64,000 nt of DNA from Sminthopsis crassicaudata (lineage: Eukaryota), in contig NC_133618.1 of assembly GCF_048593235.1 (NCBI RefSeq), forward strand, positions 200,126,221-200,190,220, in the 5' to 3' direction. The position numbers and the translations under genes were made by a program. The notes beneath the pieces are model-generated. The model was not told the origin of the DNA. It saw only the letters and a program-made list of their open reading frames with translations, and did not search any database. This document shows positions 37,129 to 50,309 of this stretch, in pieces (within the stretch, counting starts at the first letter, position 1; each line of letters begins with the position of its first letter).

Positions 37129-40100
37129 TAAAATGTTTATAAATATATATTAGTTCTTCTGACTCTTGGAACCAGCATCTTCTATTTTTATAACTTCATC
37201 CTAGATGCCCTAAGTACATGATAAACCCTATTACACCTATGCACATGCATATATGCATGTATCCATGTTTATAATATAGATAATTTGCTTTATCATAGGA
37301 CTTCATAGGATTCAAATTGAATCTTAAAGATTATGTAGTCCATTCCTTTCCATTTATAAGTGAGGAAACTGAGGTCCAGACAAGGGAATGTACTTGCTTA
37401 AGATCTTACAACATATAGAATGACAAAGCCAAGATCTGAACCAATCCCTGTCCCTCTAAATCCAATAGTATTGCCACTGCCCCTTCCTGTATATAATGAT
37501 GGCTATGAGTGATGGAATTTGAATTGGAGGTTATGATTCTTGACAAGGCAAAAACTTATCAACCAGGTGACTTTTGTCTTTGAAGCTCTTTCATATCTAC
37601 ATGTTACTGTTCCTAACATGCTACCATCAGGAAACTATCTTGCTATCAACTATTTTCCAACTAATTCCAGTTAATTTGCTACTTGCTACTAATTTCAAAT
37701 TCAACAACAAAACTTTTCTAAAGGTGTACTGAAAATTCTTAGTCAAAAGGTTGCCTATATCAGGTGTTATCAGTCATTTTTTTTATTTACATAGATCTTA
37801 GGGTAAAATAACCAACCTATTCATAATTCATTTAATGAGATTCAGTGGCTTTAAAAATTACATGAAATGCTTATATGATTCTTGAAAGACAAAATCTGAC
37901 TATTCTTTAGGTTCTCAAAACTTGCTCAAGATTTTGACATGAATTAAACAAAATTAATAAAAATAAACTAAAGTTACCTTAATTAATTAGTTTCTTATGA
38001 AGTAATCACTTCTTCTGGGTATTAGAACATTGTTAATATAGTATACAGATTTCAAGCTAAAAGAGATTTTAGAGATCATATAGTCCAAACATTTCATTTT
38101 AGTGATGAGATAACTGAGAGCTACAATCCTTAAGTGATTTGTTCAAGGTCATATGGGTAGTAAACAGCAGAGATTGGATTTGAACTCTAGTACAAATCCA
38201 GCAGTCAAGGAATAATAAAAATTCTGTTCTGTAACAGTGGTGGTCAGTAAATATCATAGATTCATAGTGGGCTTAGTGGCAGAAGAGATACAGTTTGTTC
38301 TAGAAGCTTTTGGCAGCTCAGGAGAAGGAGTAGAAAATGAAGATGATAGAGGTAATCCAAGATTGCCATGGTATGGATGGTTAAAGGACAAGAGTCAGAA
38401 AAAGTAAATGATGATTTTAAATTGGCAAACTATAAGGTTAAGGTTTTCATGGGAGGAAATGACAAATTGGCAGAACAGGGAGGAATTAAAGGGACTGGAG
38501 GTTTCAGTAAGGGAAAATCAAAAACAAAAACAAACAAAAAACTAAGCAAAAAACTAAGGCAAAAAAGAGAGGTGAAAAGATAGATTATAATCAGAGAATA
38601 GAATTTCAGAATTCATCTTGATCAGTAACTTATAGACACAGTGAAGATTTAGATTTAATGTATGACTATACTTTTAAGTGGCTGAGGTAAAAGGAGTAAT
38701 TACTTCCTTCCTTCTTCCAAGAATCAATTCAAGTACCAACTTCTAAATAAAACCTTTCCTGATTTTTATGTTTTTATGATTCACATAACTGCTGCTGCAT
38801 TCCCTCACTGAATTATTATATAGGCTATTCCAAAAATCTAAGTGAAGTTTTAAGCTTTATTGAGATATCTGGGAACCTTGTATGTATATTTCTATACACA
38901 CATATGTATGTGTATATATAGGATTGATATTTATTACATATATATTATGTAGCTTTTATTATAAAATATAGAAGCATAATATACACAATGATATGTATAT
39001 ATGTCTATATATGTCTATTTATATATACTGTATATATGCTATCTTCCCTATAGATCTACAAAAATTTTTTACAAAAGGAACTCACTTTGTCTTTTTATCT
39101 TCATTGTCTAGCATAGTATCTGGCACATGGTAAGTGCTTAATAAATGCTTAACTTATTGACAGAGTTGAGAAAGCCGATTAATTGGGAGACCAAGAATAT
39201 GACAGGTCATTAGCAGATATACAAACGTCCCCATGTTTGAAGGCAAATAATATTATAGAAAAATCATACAAAGCAGATAGTCTTTCTGTTCCTCAGCAGG
39301 AAAAAGGAGAATAACCTAAAGATTGGTAGACCAGAGCAGCAATGATCTGGGAAGAGAGAGGAAGGTGAGAGAGAAGAGAGAGGGGGAGGGAATGAGAAAA
39401 AGAACATCAAAGAAACAAGACTTAAAAGACTATAATCATCATTATCCTTATTGTCTTCATCACCATCATTGTTATCGAAAAGAATGACATGCAATATGAA
39501 TATGTAGGAAAATATGTAACAGGAATAAAGACTGTCCATGAAATTAGGCAAAGCAGTTCAAGTCTTTCTCTAACATACACTGCCTGTGTGATCCCGGCAG
39601 ATCATTTAACGTCACAGGTTTCTAAGCAACTCTTTAAGACACTTAAGTTGCAGAGAAGATACTAACCTGCTTTGGTAGAGTTTCCTCACTTAGAAGTCCC
39701 CTGAACAAAAATCTAATAATAAAATTAAATATAAAAGAAGGATACCAATTTGTCCTATAGCATTTTCCATCTGAACTCCCACCAAAAAAAAAAGATAAAA
39801 AGGGGATTGATAGTTAAAAAAATTAGCTTATATTTATATGCAGCTTCAAAATTATGAATATAAAAAAATTGTATGCATTATCTCACTTGAGCAAGTAAGA
39901 AAAATAATTTAGGAATTCTCCTGGGATTATTACAGGATTTAAAACAATTATTCTAAACTGCTTAAAATCTTGAAAAACTATATCAAATATGAGAAGATGT
40001 GTACTTCTTTGTATAGACCCATATTTTTGGATTTTCTATATCCTTGATTTTTTCATGGATCTATATCTTCATTAGTATGGGCATTCTGTTTACTAATCAA

Positions 40101-40199
40101 GATTGCAAAGACTTCACTACTTTTCATACTTTAAGATTCTTTTCTCTGTCTTTCTCTAAATCCAACATTAATAAGTATCAAATATGCTGAAGTCTTTCA

Positions 40200-40345
40200 C
40201 TTCCTTCTTTCTCTCTCTCTCTCTTAAAAAAAAACAGAGAGGAGAGGGAAGAGAGAGTAGAAGAGGGAGGAAGAAAGAAGTAGAGGAGGAAGGGAGGAAG
40301 GAAGGAAGAGAGGAAGGGCGAAGAGGAAGGAGGGAGAGATGGAGA
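40200..40345. repeat. TC then GA/GGA low-complexity tract
   Basis: ctctctct followed by gaggagagggaagagagag...ggaaggaaggaag. Confidence 0.85.
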
Positions 40346-42212
40346 AGAGAGTCTGGATACCCAAGTATCTCTTAGTATGGCCATGCTATTGTCTCTTATT
40401 CATAATATGTTACTGGATCATTGATTTTTCCATTAATAATTTTCCTCAATGATGTCTTCCAAACAGATGATCCTTAAAACAATAAGCAATGCCCTCTTTC
40501 TAATACAGATGATAGGGTCATAAATTCAGAACTAGAAGGGACTCAGGAGGTAATCTACTCTTATTTTACAGAGGAGGAAACTGAGGTCTAGAGTGATAAG
40601 GTGACTTATCCTTGGATAAGAGAAAATAGGTCATATAGAGAGTATGTGGCAGAATATATATTTGTAGCCAGATTTTCAAGACTCGAAATCCTACATAATT
40701 CCTACTCCACCACAAGCTCTGAGGTAATTTTTTAGGATGTTTCTAATGGAACCCAAAAACATTTCATTAAATTCTATAAATATCTTCAGAACAACTGTGT
40801 GCCTAGAATTGTGCTGAGCTCTATGGAGAACAAGCACAGAAAACAAGTGGCATGACCCCTGCCTTTTAGAAGCTTACAATCCTGTAGAATAGGTAAAATT
40901 TGTCAGATTTCTCCTGCCAGCCTTAGGGATCCCTTCCTTTTCTAAACTCTTGCTGTACTTATCATCTGTACCACATCAATTAGCGTGTGGTTATATAATA
41001 TTATTTATTGCTCACTGATTGTTTCACATGTGTGAGTGTTGTCTCTCTAATTAGATTATAGGTGCTTCATGGAAGAAACTGTCTGTCTCCCTTATCCTCC
41101 CAGGACTTGGCATAGAGTAGTCATTGAAAAGCAAATACTTGCTGAATTGAATTGTCTTTTTACCCATATGAAATAATTAAAGAACATTAAAAGAGAATAT
41201 GCAATAAAGCAAAAAGAAATCAACGACCAAAATGTATGGTAAACACAATAAGTATGCCAAATTCCAACAGGGGATTCATGACTAGGAAAAGCAGTCAAGT
41301 CTAGATGGATAGAGCATCTCTATCATTGGATCTAACTTCAACCACTGCTTCTGACTAGCTCTGGGACTCTGGGATAGTCACTAACCTCTATGCCTGAGGT
41401 TATAGTTCCCTTGGGCTTATTAATGAAAACAATGAATGAATAAAAATTATATTAAAGGCTTATTATGTACAAAACATCGCACTAAGTGCTAAAAAGATAA
41501 AACCCAAAAAAGCAAGGCAGTCTGTGCTCCTGGGGAACTCACATACTAATAGAAAAAGACAGCACATATTGGAAGGTTCAGCTGCTAAGTCATAGACAAG
41601 TCTGCATGGGTAAAAGGAATTCCCACAAGGGAGTTCCTAATGTTGACTAAATCACAGATCCCTAAATGATATCTAAAAAGTAAATTAACTTCCCATAGCC
41701 CAATATCAGTACATTAGTTGACATCACATTTATGATGTCACAGGTCCCCACAAAGGACCAAAAACAAAAACAAACAAACAAAAAAAAAAAAACCCACAAC
41801 CCTAAGAATAGAAAGAATGACAACATAATGTACATTATCTTGCATATAGTAAATGTTTAATCAATATTTACTGAATGAATAATAGGCAATCTACTCTATG
41901 AGTTTTCCTGTGTAGTACTTACTCCCTCTGGGAATAACTCCTCCTTCAATCAGCATTCACATTTGCAGGTTCAGTTCCACAGGGGTCAACTACCTCAGGT
42001 TCCAAAAACTATAGTTCAGAGCTTCTATTGATAAATTTGCCTTTCCTAATAAAACAGAAGATACAATTACCTCAAAGCAAAGGTATTTGCTGAGATGACA
42101 TGGAAAGGGCAACAGTTATCAAATATTCTACCCACAGGCTAGTTACAAATAAACCTAAGAAACAATTACACATGTCATCTGTAGAGGGAGTAGGTATACA
42201 CATAGTGTTCAC

Positions 42213-42400
42213 CAGAGGTGAAATGGAGCCATTAAACCATGCATATATATTCCAGAGAACCACATATTGTTAGAAAACCATATATTAATAATATAGATTT
42301 TGTTATATTCTACTTATTTTGTTAAATATTTCTCAATTAGATTTTAATCTGGTTTAGACACTGCATTCAGAAGCACTGTGGGCCACGTTTGTTGTTTACA
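42213..42400. mobile_element. hAT-type MITE family A copy
   Basis: Starts CAGAGGTG; shares body with 1537-1702. Confidence 0.55.
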
Positions 42401-43557
42401 CAAAGAAAACATAGTGTCCAGCCACTTATACTGCTAGACTCTAATATCCCCTTCCTTTCTATTGTGACCCCCTGCTGATTTACCTAGGCACAACAATTCT
42501 GAGAACAGTTGAGCTCAACAAGCCTGCTCTCTATAACTCAATGTTCAAGGCTCTTTTCTTCCCTCACAGATGTCCTGTTCAAAGATGTCTCTTACTAATT
42601 TGACTTGTTAGGTCTATTTCCTACAGGATACGGTGCCTTTTATTATATGACTCTTTCCATTGTAAGAAGCCATAACTTCTGGGAGTAAGGAGAAGAGAAA
42701 AACCCTCGTTTCTTCTACTCCATCCCTCCCTCCAAAAATGCAAAGACACATGGCAGCAGAGAAATGAGTCAACAATGAGAGAAGAAACCAGCCCCTAAAA
42801 GGGAATCATTCTTTGTGGTTCTGGAGGGGAAGGGAGAGAATAGAAGGAATGAAGAATGTTCTCATGATCAAAATGGATCGAATTAGAAGACAGCTAGACT
42901 TGTTTGAGGCAGGCGACAATACTGAAGAGATCCATTCTGATCACGAGAACTTTCATATATTTCAAAAAGGAGTGGACAATCTCATCTTTACTCTTTGTTT
43001 GAGACATGATTCCTCATTGTCTGTGTCTGAGGCCACATTTGAACTCAGGAAAATGAGTCTAACTGATTTCAGGTCCAGTCCACTTACCACTTAACTGCCC
43101 TATCAATGAAATTTATGCAAATGATCCATACTTGCACCTCAAGTTACACATAAGCAAATTCTATCCTAATCAGATGACATATGGCATATTGTACTCAAAT
43201 CTAGTAAAATCACTTTAAGAAAGGCATTAATATGATATAGTATGCATGCTCTTAGGCAGGCAACCAGAATAATGAAAGGCCTCAATTTTACACCAGGCCA
43301 AGTATTAGGTAATTTTTTTTTTAGTGGAAATTCTTTTTTTCAGATACAGGACTGGTAGAAAGAGTTGGGAATATTTAACTTGGAGAAGAAAAGTCTCGGT
43401 AAAAATCCGATAGATGTCTTCAACTACTTGAAGGGCCAACCAGGTGGAAGAAGAATTAGACTTGCACTTTTTTAAAGCAACAAAAATTTATTGTGTTTTA
43501 GGAACTATGATAAACACTGGGATACAAATATAAAAAAAGAAAGTCCCTGCTCTAAGA

Positions 43558-43726
43558 GTTTATTTTATTTTATTTTATTTTTTATTTTTTGGCTCAGGCA
43601 ATTGGGGTTAAGTGACTTACCTAGGGTCACATAGTTAGGATGTGTTAAGTGTCTGAGACCAGATTGCACTCAGGTCCTCCTGACTTCAGGGCTGGTACTC
43701 TAATTACTGTACCATCTAATTGCCCC
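43558..43726 (-). mobile_element. WSINE1-type SINE with (TTTTA)n tail
   Basis: ggctcaggcaattggggttaagtgact...caggtcctcctgacttcagggctgg...tgccccc. Confidence 0.9.
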
Positions 43727-43782
43727 CAGTAAACATTCTAATAGAAGGAAAATAATATAGAAAAGGAAACTGAAAAGCAAGT

Positions 43783-43908
43783 GGATAGAGGACCAGCTCT
43801 AGAATCAGAAGGACTTGAATTCAAATGTGACCCCAGACACTTACTAAATGTGTGGCCTTTGGCAAATCATTTAACCCTGGTTGCCCTTAATGGAAAAAAA
43901 AAAAAAAA
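43783..43908 (+). mobile_element. Older WSINE/Mar-type SINE with A-tail
   Basis: ggatagaggaccagctctagaatcagaaggacttgaattcaaat...cagacacttac...ttaaccc...(A)n. Confidence 0.75.
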
Positions 43909-45574
43909 GCAGGGGTAGGGAGGTGGAATGATACAGCCATACTGCCTCCCAAGGAATGGTATAGAAGTTCAGAAGTTCGGAAACAAATGAGGGCAATACC
44001 ATTACCTGGATGGAAACACTAAAAGGAACTTATTCAAGGAAGAAGGGAGTGATGTTCCTATTCTAAAAGTGTCTGAAAGTTGCAAAGAAGTCCATTTTAG
44101 TTTAATTTAAGGAAACAATGATTAACATTTAGAATCATCCAAAAGCAAGATGCCTTGGAAGGTGGTAGATTTCACCTCACTATAGGTTTCAAGCAGAGGC
44201 AAAATGGCCAGGTAGTAGATATTTTTTTAGTGGAAATGCTTTTTTTTTTTTCCAGATACAGGTCTGTCAGCAATAATGTGCTTTCCAATTGTGAAAAATC
44301 TGTTATTTTGTATTATTTTGATATAATAGTCATCTCAATGATGATAGATACTCCCTCAATAGAACCAGACTGAGCTCTCTTCTACATGTTAGAAGATGGT
44401 TTCATGGATTACTGTGGTCAAATGAAATTTGCCCCCTGGAGGTCATACTTCTGGCAAGGGATCTCTATCCTCCATAATAAACATCAATAACCTTGGGGCT
44501 CATTTTCAAAAGGTTTGGGGATTTGTGGTTTCATATCTTCCATCACTTGCTTCATGATATAGAATTAGTGCTATACCACAAAAAGACATTGGAGAAAGAC
44601 TAAGTGTTTTTTATATAAAAATCTAGGAAGATCAAAATTTAAAATTCAATGTGTACCAGCTGGACAAAGTTATTTCCTCATCTGTGTCTTGTTTCTCAGC
44701 TGTAAAATGAAGGGGTTGGTCAAAATGGTCACTTCTAGCTCTAAATCCTTATTCTACTGATTCAATAGCATGGAACAAAAAACTCATAGATGGGTAAACC
44801 TTGGTCTCACCCTCCATCACCTACCCATCCCACTTGTTCTTTGATTCCTTTTGTGTATTGTTCTCCTCTCCAGCATTAGATTGTAAATTCAAGAACTCTC
44901 TTTTCATTAATTGCCTCCCCAGAATTTAGCACAATGCCTTGGCACATAGCACTTAACCAATGTTTATTAGAGGAGGCCTCTCCTATTCCCCCTCAAAAGC
45001 AAGCTTTACTTTCCCCCTCCCAATCTTGACTTAGGTATTAATTTGGAATCATTTTGAATAACAAAGGGTGTGAAAAGTAGTAGAGAGCTGTCCTTAGAGC
45101 CTGGGAGTCCTTGATTTAAACCCATTTCTGAGATATTCAATGTGTGACTTAGCCAAATCACTTAACCTCCTTAAATATCCAAAGTAACTCTCTAAGACTT
45201 GAAGTTGCAGAGGTTATAAACTGTATTGACAGTGGGAGTTTCTAAACAATGAAATTTCCACCACCTTTAAATCACAGGTCCAATCTCAATAACCAATGTT
45301 TTTTATATGCATATATATATATGTGTGTGTGTGTGTATGCATGTATATATATGTGTGTATATGCGTGTGTGTTATTTCTTCCAATATACTATAAGTTCTT
45401 TGAAGTCAAAGACAACTTTTTTTTGTCTTCTCTCCACATAGTAGACACTTAATAGTTATTCACCATGCAAGATATGGAAATTTAATTAATTTTTGAGTCA
45501 TATTCTTTAGTGAACAAGTACTAATCTTCAAAGAAACCTCAAAGTTTTAGTCTGCTTCTCTTTCTATCTCTCTT

Positions 45575-45578
<4 letters not shown>

Positions 45579-45628
<50 letters not shown>
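45579..45628. repeat. (TG)25 microsatellite
   Basis: Perfect TG run counted directly. Confidence 0.98.
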
Positions 45629-45633
<5 letters not shown>

Positions 45634-47217
45634 CTCTCTGTCTCAGACTCTCTCTTTTTCTATCTGTCTCTGACTCTCCTTTTCTCTCCCTCCTCCCCAT
45701 TCTGGGAACTAAGATGGAGGAGTAAGCAGTAAATTGCCATAACTCTTTCATATTCCCCACCAAACATCCATATAATTTCACCAAAACAAATCCTGAAACA
45801 ACAGTACCAGCAAAAAGACAAGTGGAAAAAAAAAAGCCTTTTCCCAAGAAATTTGAAAGATCAGCAGGAAAGGTCTGTCTCAAAACCAGAGAAAGATCTT
45901 GAACTTCAGTGCAATGGAGCAAGCAAACTCCAACATCAGGACCTCCCACATGTTCCAGGATAGCCAGGGAATGAGCAGATTCCAGTTTCAAGAAATGACA
46001 TATGCTTCAATATTACTTGGCAAACAGGTAGCCTCCAGCAGGCTTAATGGCTTCATGATTCAGATAGCCCCAGGAGAATGAAGAAACACCCCACTTAGCT
46101 CAGTGAACATCACACATCAGCACATCAGACTCCTATTTACCACCAGGTTAAGTGGCCATATATCCCTATTGTCTTCAAGAAAATCAACTATCCCTTTACA
46201 ACAGTTCCATGCAGCATCAGAAACGAGGGACCCTTATGGACCTCAGAGCAAAATCAATGAAGTACCAGATAAACACTCAGGGTCACCAACCCTTGGGCAC
46301 AAGAATAATAAGACAATGCCCCTTCCACCCTGGGAATAGAGTTCAAACTTAAAAGAAAAAAAGGCCAGAAAAGATGAGGAAATAGTAACAATCCAATCTG
46401 ACCACAAAATGTTACTATGATAATTATAGGAAAATCAAAACAAACTCAGAAGAGTACAACAATGTCAAAATACATATAGGCAAAGCCCTAAACAAAAACA
46501 GGAGGTAGTCTCAAGCCCAGAAAGAACTCATGGAGATCAAAAAGGAGCTTAAAAATCATATAATAGAGGTAGGAAAAAATTAGAAAAGAAATGAGAATGA
46601 TGCAAGAGAACTATGGAGGGGGGAAATCTTAGCAACTTGGGAAAAGAAAACAATTGTTTAAAAAGCAGATTCTTAAAAAGACTTCAAAAATTAAACATAT
46701 TCAAAATAATAAAAAATGGAAGAAAATGTAAAACACCCCATTGGAAAAACAATGGACATGGAAAATACATCCAGGAAAGAATTGTCAGATTCACTGGACT
46801 GCATAATCAGAAAGAGGACCTGAACAGCATCTTTCAAGAAATTATCAAGAAAAACAGATCTGATATCCTAAAAGTAGAAGTCAAAATAGTTATTGAAAAA
46901 AATGCACTGCTTACCTCAGAAAAGAGATTTCCAAATTAAAAAAAATCCAAGGAACATTATAGCCAAATTTCAGAACTATCAGATCAAGGAAAAATACTAT
47001 AAGTGGCCAAAAACAATGCAAATGTTGGGGAGCCACAATCAGGCTTACACAGGACTTAGCAACTGCAACATTAAAAGATTAGAGGTCATAAAACATGATA
47101 TTCCAGAAAATAAAGCAAATAGGACTACAACCAAGAATCAACTACCTAGGAAATTAACTGAACAAAAAATCTGATTCCAATATCAATTCTAAGGGAAATC
47201 TAAAGAAATAAAAAGGA

Positions 47218-48570
47218 CCACATACCAAGATAAGATCAAAATGGGTCCATGATTTAGGCATAAAGAGTGATATAGATTAGAGGAAGAGAGGATAGTCTAC
47301 CTCTCAGACCTGTGGAGAAGGAAGGAATTTATGACCAAAGGAGAACTAGAGCTCATTATTGATCACAAAATAGAAGATTTTGATTACATCAAATTAAAAA
47401 GCTTTTGTACAAACAAAACTAATGCAAACAAAATTAGAAGGGAAGTAACAAATTGGGAGAATATTTTTACAGTTAAAGGTTCTGATAAAGGTCTCATTTC
47501 CAAAATATATAGAGAACTGACTCTAATTTATAAGAAATCAAATCATTCTCCAATTGATAAATGGTTAAAGGATATGAACAGACAATTTTCAGATGATGAA
47601 ACTGAAACTATATCCACTCATATGAAAGAGTATTCCATATCACTACTGATCAGAGAAATTCAAATTAAGAAAACTCTGAGATACCACTAGACACCTGTCA
47701 TATTGGCTAAGGTGATAGGAACAAATAATGATGAATGTTGGAGGGAATATGGGAAAACTGGGACACTGATGCATTGTTGGTGGAGTTGTGAAAGAATCCA
47801 GCCATTCTGGAGAGCAATCTGGAATTATGCCCCAAAGTTATCAAAATGTGCATACCCTTTGATCCAGCAGTACTACTACTGGGCTTATATCCCAAAGAAA
47901 TACTAAAGATGAGAAAGGGACCTGCATGTGACAAAATGTTTGTGGCAGCTCTTTTTGTAGTGGCTAGAAATTGGAAAATGAATGGATGTACATCAATTGG
48001 AGAATGGTTGGGTAAATTATGGTATATGAATGTTATGGAATATTATTGCTCTGTAAGAAATAACCAGCAGGATGAATACAGAGAGGTTTGGAGAGACTTA
48101 CATGAACTGATGCTGAGTGAAATGAGCAGAACCAGAAGATCACTATACACTTCAACAACAATACTGTATGAAGATATATTCTGATGGAAGTGGATATCTT
48201 CACATAAAAAAGATCCAACTCACTTCCAGTTGATCAATGTTGGACAGAAACAGCTACATCCAGAGAAGGAACACTGGGAATTGAATGTAAACTGTTAGCA
48301 CTACTGTCTTTCTACCCAGGTTACTTATACCTTCGGAATCCATTTCTTAACATGCAACAAGAAAATTGGATTTACACACATATATTGTATCTAGGTTATA
48401 CTGTAACACATGTAAAATGTATGGGATTATCTGTCATCTAGAGGAGGGAGTAGAGGGAGGGAGGGGAAAATTTGGAAAAATGAATACAAGGGATAATGTT
48501 GTAAAAAATTACTTATGCATATGTACTATCAAAAAATTTATAATTATAAAATTAATAAAAAATTAAAAAG
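47218..48570 (+). mobile_element. Young 5'-truncated L1 with perfect 14-bp TSD
   Basis: AGAAATAAAAAGGA at 47204-47217 and 48571-48584; ORF2 C-terminal ORFs 47331-48184; closely similar to the L1 at 7713-9046. Confidence 0.97.
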
Positions 48571-49550
48571 AGAAATAAAAAGGAAAAAAATCATAAGGCA
48601 GTAAATAGAGATAAATTGTTTACATCTTTACATCAGAAGAAGATATTTGTACTTCTTAAAAATAGTAATATTGATAGTACAGCAAGAAAGAATATATGCA
48701 TATGTGCGTATGTACATATATACATACATATATAGACAGAAGGTATAAAGCTAATTTGAAGGAATGACAAAAATAATTAAGGGATGAGGAAAATATACTG
48801 GATGCAGAAGGAAAGGAGATGTAGAATGGAGTAAATTATTTCACATGAAGAGGTAAGGAAAACCTATTACAATAGAGGAAAAAATAGGAGTACAGGCAAT
48901 GGACAACATTTGAACCTTACTCTCATTACTATTGGCTCAAAGAGGGAATGATATATACAATCAGTTGAATACAGAAACTTTTCTTACCCGACAGGAAAAT
49001 AGGAAAGAAAATTAAGTAAAGAAGGTGGGACAGAGACTAACAGAACAAAGGGCAGCCTATGGAAGGTAGAAGATAGAAGGTAAAAGCAAAACACTGTAGA
49101 CCAGGGAAAGGGAGAAAGAAGAGGACAAAAAGGAGGAAAAATAGGATTGAAGGAAATACATAACCAGTAATCATAATTGTGAGTGTGAATGGTATGAACT
49201 CTCCCATAAAATGGGAGTGAATAACAGAGCAGATCAAAACCCAGAATCTTATAATATGCTGTTTATAAGAACACATTTGAATCAGAGACCCACAGAGTAA
49301 AGGTAAGAGGCTAGATCCAAATTACTATGCTTCACTTGAAGCAGAAGTAGCAATACTGATCTCAGATAAAGTAAAAGCAAAAACCAGCCTAATTAAAAGT
49401 TAAGGAAGGAAACTACATCTTGCAAAAAGGTACCATAGTCAATGAAGATAGGTTAATACTAAACATATATGTGTTTATATGTGTGTATATGTATATATAT
49501 ATTCATATATATATATATACTAAGCATATAAATTATATAGCATATAAATT

Positions 49551-49708
49551 ATTTTAATAGCTTTTTATTTACAAGCCATATGCATGGGTAATTTTTCAGC
49601 ACTTACCCTTGAAAAACTTTCTGTTCCAACTTTTCTCCTCTTCCCCCTACCCCCTTCCCTAGAAGGCAGGTAGACCAATACATGTTAAATATGTTAAAGT
49701 ATATGTTA
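49551..49708 (-). mobile_element. Antisense L1 3' tip (158 bp) with perfect 14-bp TSD
   Basis: ATAGCATATAAATT at 49537-49550 and 49709-49722; reverse of L1 3' terminus (ggggaagaggagaaaagttggaacag...aattacccatgcatatgg...aaataaaaagctatt). Confidence 0.92.
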
Positions 49709-50270
49709 ATAGCATATAAATTCTTAAAGGAGAAGTTAAATAAGAAGAAAAAGACATAACAATTAATTAATTAATCTATATTAATAGTAAATCTCAACTG
49801 TCACTTTTCAGAACTTGAAATAAAGTGATGGATTAGTGGAATAAATAAGATACAAGAGACACAATAGTAAATGACCATAGTAGCTCAGTATTTGATAAAC
49901 AAAAGACACCAGCCTTTGGAAAAAGAACTCATTATTTGACAAAAACTGCTGGAAAAACTAGAAAACAATAGAGCACAGACTAGATATAGAACAACATCTC
50001 ACACCCTATACCAAGATAAGGTCAAGATGGGTATATAGCATAGAAATAATGGGTGACAGCATAAACAAAGAGCAAGGAATAGTCTACCTATCAGATCTAT
50101 GGAGAAGAGAAGAATTCATGACCAAATAAGAGTGAGAGAGAATTACAAAATATAAAATAGATTTTGATTATATTAATTTAAAAAGCTTTTAGTCAAACAA
50201 AACCAATGCAACTAAGATAAGAAACAAAGCAGAAAGCTAGGAAGCAATCTTTACAATAAGTCTGTCTCTA

Positions 50271-50271
<1 letters not shown>

Positions 50272-50308
<37 letters not shown>
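50272..50308. repeat. (CA)18 microsatellite
   Basis: Perfect CA run. Confidence 0.97.

Positions 50309-50309
<1 letters not shown>

Larger units (their letters stand above)
43255..44270 (+). mobile_element. L3/CR1 3' end fragmented by L2 remnant and SINE insertions
   Basis: CR1 motifs (aacttggagaagaaaagtctc...tgtcttcaactacttgaaggg...gaattagacttg; gtttcaagcagagg) at 43255-43470 and ~44065-44270. Confidence 0.7.
45705..50262 (+). mobile_element. Old L1 with 5'UTR, decayed ORF1, spacer and internally deleted ORF2; hosts two younger L1 insertions
   Basis: 5' aagatggaggagtaag; ORF1p remnants (DLNSIFQEIIKKNRSDIL, PRNIIAKFQNYQIKEK); ORF2 endonuclease start near 49170 (ataattgtgagtgtgaatggtatgaactctccc); jump to C-terminal ORF2 sequence near 49830. 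Confidence 0.9.
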
